From Vulcanimicrobiota bacterium (lineage in GTDB: Bacteria > Vulcanimicrobiota > Vulcanimicrobiia > Eremiobacterales > Eremiobacteraceae), in NCBI GenBank assembly GCA_963805945.1, contig CAWDVP010000003.1:96001-160000 (forward strand): a stretch of 64,000 nt of DNA, read 5' to 3'. Shown one piece after another: positions 61,184 through 64,000 of the stretch. Position 1 is the stretch's first letter. The number at the start of each line of letters is the position of its first letter. The notes below the pieces were generated by a model. It ran no database searches. It was not told the origin of the DNA and saw only the letters and a list, made by a program, of their open reading frames with translations. The position numbers and the translations under genes were made by a program.

Positions 61184-62368
61184 ATGATCGTCCTTGGCCG
61201 GTTCTCCGGCATCGAAATCCGCGCACACTACTCGACGCTGCTCGTCTTCGGTGCGCTGACGAGCATCCTCGCGTACGGCTATTTGCCCGTCGTCACACCT
61301 GCCGCCGGTCCGCTCGAACGCCTGGCCGTGGCCATCATCGTCGTCACGTTTCTCGCAGGCTCGATCGTCGCGCACGAGCTCGGCCATGCCTGGGTCGCGA
61401 CGCGTCGCGGTCTGACCGTCAGCGGCGTCACGCTCTACCTCTTCGGCGGACTCGCGCAGATCAGCGGCAGCAGGTCGACGCCGACCGACGACATCGCGAT
61501 CGGTCTCGCCGGCCCGACGGTGAGCGCGCTCGTCGCCGCCATCTTCCTCGCCGGCGCCGCGGCGCTCATGCCCATCAACAAGCAGACGGCGCTGCTGCTC
61601 TCCGACATCGGCTTCGCGAACGCGCTGCTCTTCATCGTCAACGCGCTGCCCGGCTATCCGATGGACGGCGGCATGGTGCTGCGCGGCTTGATCTGGAAGG
61701 CGAGTGGCAACGTCGTCGCCGCCACACGGCGCGCGACGATGTCGGGCAAACTCTTGGCGTACGCGATCGCCGCCGCCGGCATCTGGATGCTGCTGCGCGG
61801 CGACGTGCTCGAGGGCATGTGGGTCGTCCTCATCGGCTGGCTGCTCGCAGGGCTCGCGGAAGGCGCGTACCGTTCGATCATCGTGCGCATCGCGCTCGAG
61901 GGGCTGCACGCCAAGGATCTCTGCGCGCGCGACCTGCCGTTGCTCCAGACCTCGGATTCGGTCGCGGCCGCGTCGGCGATGTTCGGCGCGGGCGCGTCGT
62001 CGCGCGTGCTCGGCGTGATGTTCGGCGAGCGCTTCGCCGGCTTGGTCAGCGACGTCGACGTCGCACGCGTCGCGCCGGATCAGGCGCAGTCCGTCACGGT
62101 CGCGTCCGTCATGCAGCGCGCCGGCGGCCAGCCGACGCTCGATGCCGAGTGCGATGCGCTCGATCTGCCGCACGCGGCGGCCTTGAGCGCGGCTCGCTGC
62201 GTGGTCGTCGTGGACGAGCGCGGCGACTATCTCGGCATCGTGCGCCAAGAGGACATCGCGCGCTATGTCGACATGATCGAGGCGCTCGCGAACTCGGCCG
62301 AGGTGTCCACGCGCCGGCTCAAACGGCTGTTGCCGAAACGGCCGGTGAATGTGGGGGTCGATCTTTAG
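61184..62368 (+). CDS. Site-2 (M50) metalloprotease with CBS domains
   Basis: HELGH, AGP, NALPGYPMDGG; CBS-like C-terminus. Confidence 0.9.
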   Translation: MIVLGRFSGIEIRAHYSTLLVFGALTSILAYGYLPVVTPAAGPLERLAVAIIVVTFLAGSIVAHELGHAWVATRRGLTVSGVTLYLFGGLAQISGSRSTPTDDIAIGLAGPTVSALVAAIFLAGAAALMPINKQTALLLSDIGFANALLFIVNALPGYPMDGGMVLRGLIWKASGNVVAATRRATMSGKLLAYAIAAAGIWMLLRGDVLEGMWVVLIGWLLAGLAEGAYRSIIVRIALEGLHAKDLCARDLPLLQTSDSVAAASAMFGAGASSRVLGVMFGERFAGLVSDVDVARVAPDQAQSVTVASVMQRAGGQPTLDAECDALDLPHAAALSAARCVVVVDERGDYLGIVRQEDIARYVDMIEALANSAEVSTRRLKRLLPKRPVNVGVDL

Positions 62369-62418
62369 ATCGACCCCATGCGGCGTAGCTAACGGCCGAC
62401 CTAAAGGTCGGCCGCTAC
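62351..62418. repeat. Inverted REP pair (REPIN/BIME-like): 62351-62376 (+) and 62393-62418 (-)
   Basis: GTGGGGGTCGATCTTTAGATCGACCC and reverse complement GTAGCGGCCGACCTTTAGGTCGGCCG. Confidence 0.85.
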
Positions 62419-62426
62419 ATTGGCCG

Positions 62427-62954
62427 TTAACGCGTGATCTCGATCTCCAGCGCGTTGTTCACCCGATTGAAGTAGTTGAACAGACCGATCGAGCAGATGA
62501 TCTCGACGATCTGCGCGTCGCTGTAGTGCCGTCGCAGATCATCCCATAACGGTTGCGCGAGGCCCGTCGCGTCTTTGGTCAGCGCCTCTGCCGCGGCGAG
62601 CGCGGCCTTCTCAGCGTCGTCGAAGCGATCGCTGTTCGCGTAGTCGCGCAGCGCTGCGATCGTCGCGTCATCCGCTCCGGACCGCCTTGCCAAGGCGGTG
62701 TGCGAGGCCATTCAGTATTCGCACGAATTGAGCGTCGACGTAAGCGAGATGCACAACTCCTTGAGCCGCTGCGGCACAGCGCCGTCGCGGGTGACCGCGG
62801 CCATATGCTCCGCCGCGGTGCGCATGATCTCGGGCGAGATCGCGAGCGTGCGGAACATGTTCGGATAGTTGCCGCGCGCCTTGAAGAAGCCCTCGAGCAC
62901 CGGCTTGGCGGCTTCGGGCGCGTCCTTCGGATCGAGAGCGGGAAGTCTGGGCAT
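62427..62954 (-). CDS. AhpD/carboxymuconolactone decarboxylase family protein, probable selenoprotein (UGA at codon 81)
   Basis: One 175-aa frame MPRLPALD...LKELCISLTSTLNSCEY-[TGA 62714-62712]-MASH...FNYFNRVNNALEI. Confidence 0.8.
62681..62699 (-). promoter_or_regulatory. Bacterial SECIS-like hairpin
   Basis: ACCGCCTT-GGC-AAGGCGGT, perfect 8-bp stem starting after a 12-nt spacer 3' of the TGA; G first in loop. Confidence 0.7.
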
Positions 62955-62996
62955 ACAGGAAGCATCCGTTACACCCGGCAACTTCCTCGACCTTCG

Positions 62997-64000
62997 ATGA
63001 AAGCAACGCGCAGTCGCAACGCTGACATGTTCGCACGCGCCGCCGCATCCATCGCGGGTGGGGTCGATTCGCCGGTGCGCGCTGGCGTGCCCATGGGCGG
63101 GCCACCGCCCGTGCTGGAGCGCGCGCAAGGCAGCCGCGTCTACGATGTCGACGGGCGCGAATACATCGATTATGTGTGCGCCTATGGTCCGGTGCTGCTC
63201 GGCCATGCTGACGCGCGCATCACACGCGCGGTGCAGGCCGCGCTCGCTGATGGTGCGGTGTTCGGCGCCACGCACCCGCACGAGGTACGGCTCGCCGAGC
63301 GCATCCGCGGACACATGCCCTCGATGGAGCGGCTGCGTTTCGTCAATACGGGCACCGAGGCGTGCATGAGCGTGATGCGCGTCGCGCGCGCGTTCACGCA
63401 GCGCGAGACGATCGTGCGCTTCGCCGGCAACTATCACGGCCACAGCGACGAGATGATCTTCTCGGCGGGTGCATCGTCGAACTCGGCGCCGACGCTCGCT
63501 TCAGGTGTCACGCGCGCCGTCATCGCGGGCGTCGCGGTCGCGCCGTACAACGATCTCGACGCGGTCGAAGCGCTGCTGCTCGACAGGACCGTGGCCGCGC
63601 TGATCCTCGAGCCGGTCGTCGGCAACATGGGTCTGGTGCTGCCGGGGGACGGATACCTGGCCGGCCTGCGCGCGCTGTGCGATCGCGCCGGCACGCTGCT
63701 CGTGTTCGACGAGGTGATCACCGGCTTTCGGCTCGGCATGGGCGGCGCGCAGGCGCGCTACGGCGTGCGGCCGGATCTCACGTGCATCGGCAAAACGCTG
63801 GGCGGCGGCCTGCCCATCGCGGCCTTCGGCGGCCGTGAAGACGTCATGGCCGCGCTCGCACCGCAAGGCACCGTGTTCCAAGGCGGCACGTTCGCGGGCA
63901 ATCCGGTCTGCGTCGCCGCCGCGCACGCGTTCCTCGACGCGCTCGAGAGCGATCCTCATTTCCACGCTCGGTTGGAGACGCTTGCGCAGCGGCTCGCGCG
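62997..64000 (+). CDS. hemL: Glutamate-1-semialdehyde 2,1-aminomutase, 3' truncated by window edge
   Basis: Manual translation: GGVDSPVRA, DVDGREYIDY, RFVNTGTEACM, EPVVGNMG, FDEVITGFR, GKTLGGGLP. Confidence 0.9.
   Translation, partial: MKATRSRNADMFARAAASIAGGVDSPVRAGVPMGGPPPVLERAQGSRVYDVDGREYIDYVCAYGPVLLGHADARITRAVQAALADGAVFGATHPHEVRLAERIRGHMPSMERLRFVNTGTEACMSVMRVARAFTQRETIVRFAGNYHGHSDEMIFSAGASSNSAPTLASGVTRAVIAGVAVAPYNDLDAVEALLLDRTVAALILEPVVGNMGLVLPGDGYLAGLRALCDRAGTLLVFDEVITGFRLGMGGAQARYGVRPDLTCIGKTLGGGLPIAAFGGREDVMAALAPQGTVFQGGTFAGNPVCVAAAHAFLDALESDPHFHARLETLAQRLA

Overview
GC-rich bacterial chromosomal window with about 65 genes, mostly housekeeping or cofactor metabolism. It holds a CoA-transferase pair with an enoyl-CoA hydratase, glcDEF, moaDE, sodA, fabI, iscX, a Clp ATPase, class I aldolase, thiGHSE, thyX, bioAFDB and hemL. 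Envelope genes include four ABC peptide-binding lipoproteins, an MFP/TolC pair and beta-barrel proteins. The protein families suggest a diderm Terrabacteria lineage such as Ca. Eremiobacterota/WPS-2 (inference only). About eight genes carry frameshifts that look like assembly indels. Best signals: (1) an AhpD/CMD-family gene with an in-frame TGA at the CxxC position (CEY-TGA) and a SECIS-like hairpin 12 nt downstream, a probable selenoprotein the ORF track splits in two; (2) a REP-associated tyrosine transposase (RAYT) bracketed by its own GTAG REPs, with 11 copies across the window plus a GGAG-type family; (3) a ~265-nt structured intergenic element with a GAAA tetraloop and tandem G-A pairs; (4) two tandem copper-amine-oxidase-N-domain/PT-linker/beta-barrel genes with shared upstream motifs, a possible outer-membrane tether; (5) an uncharacterised secreted 'APADEYFG' family in three copies.
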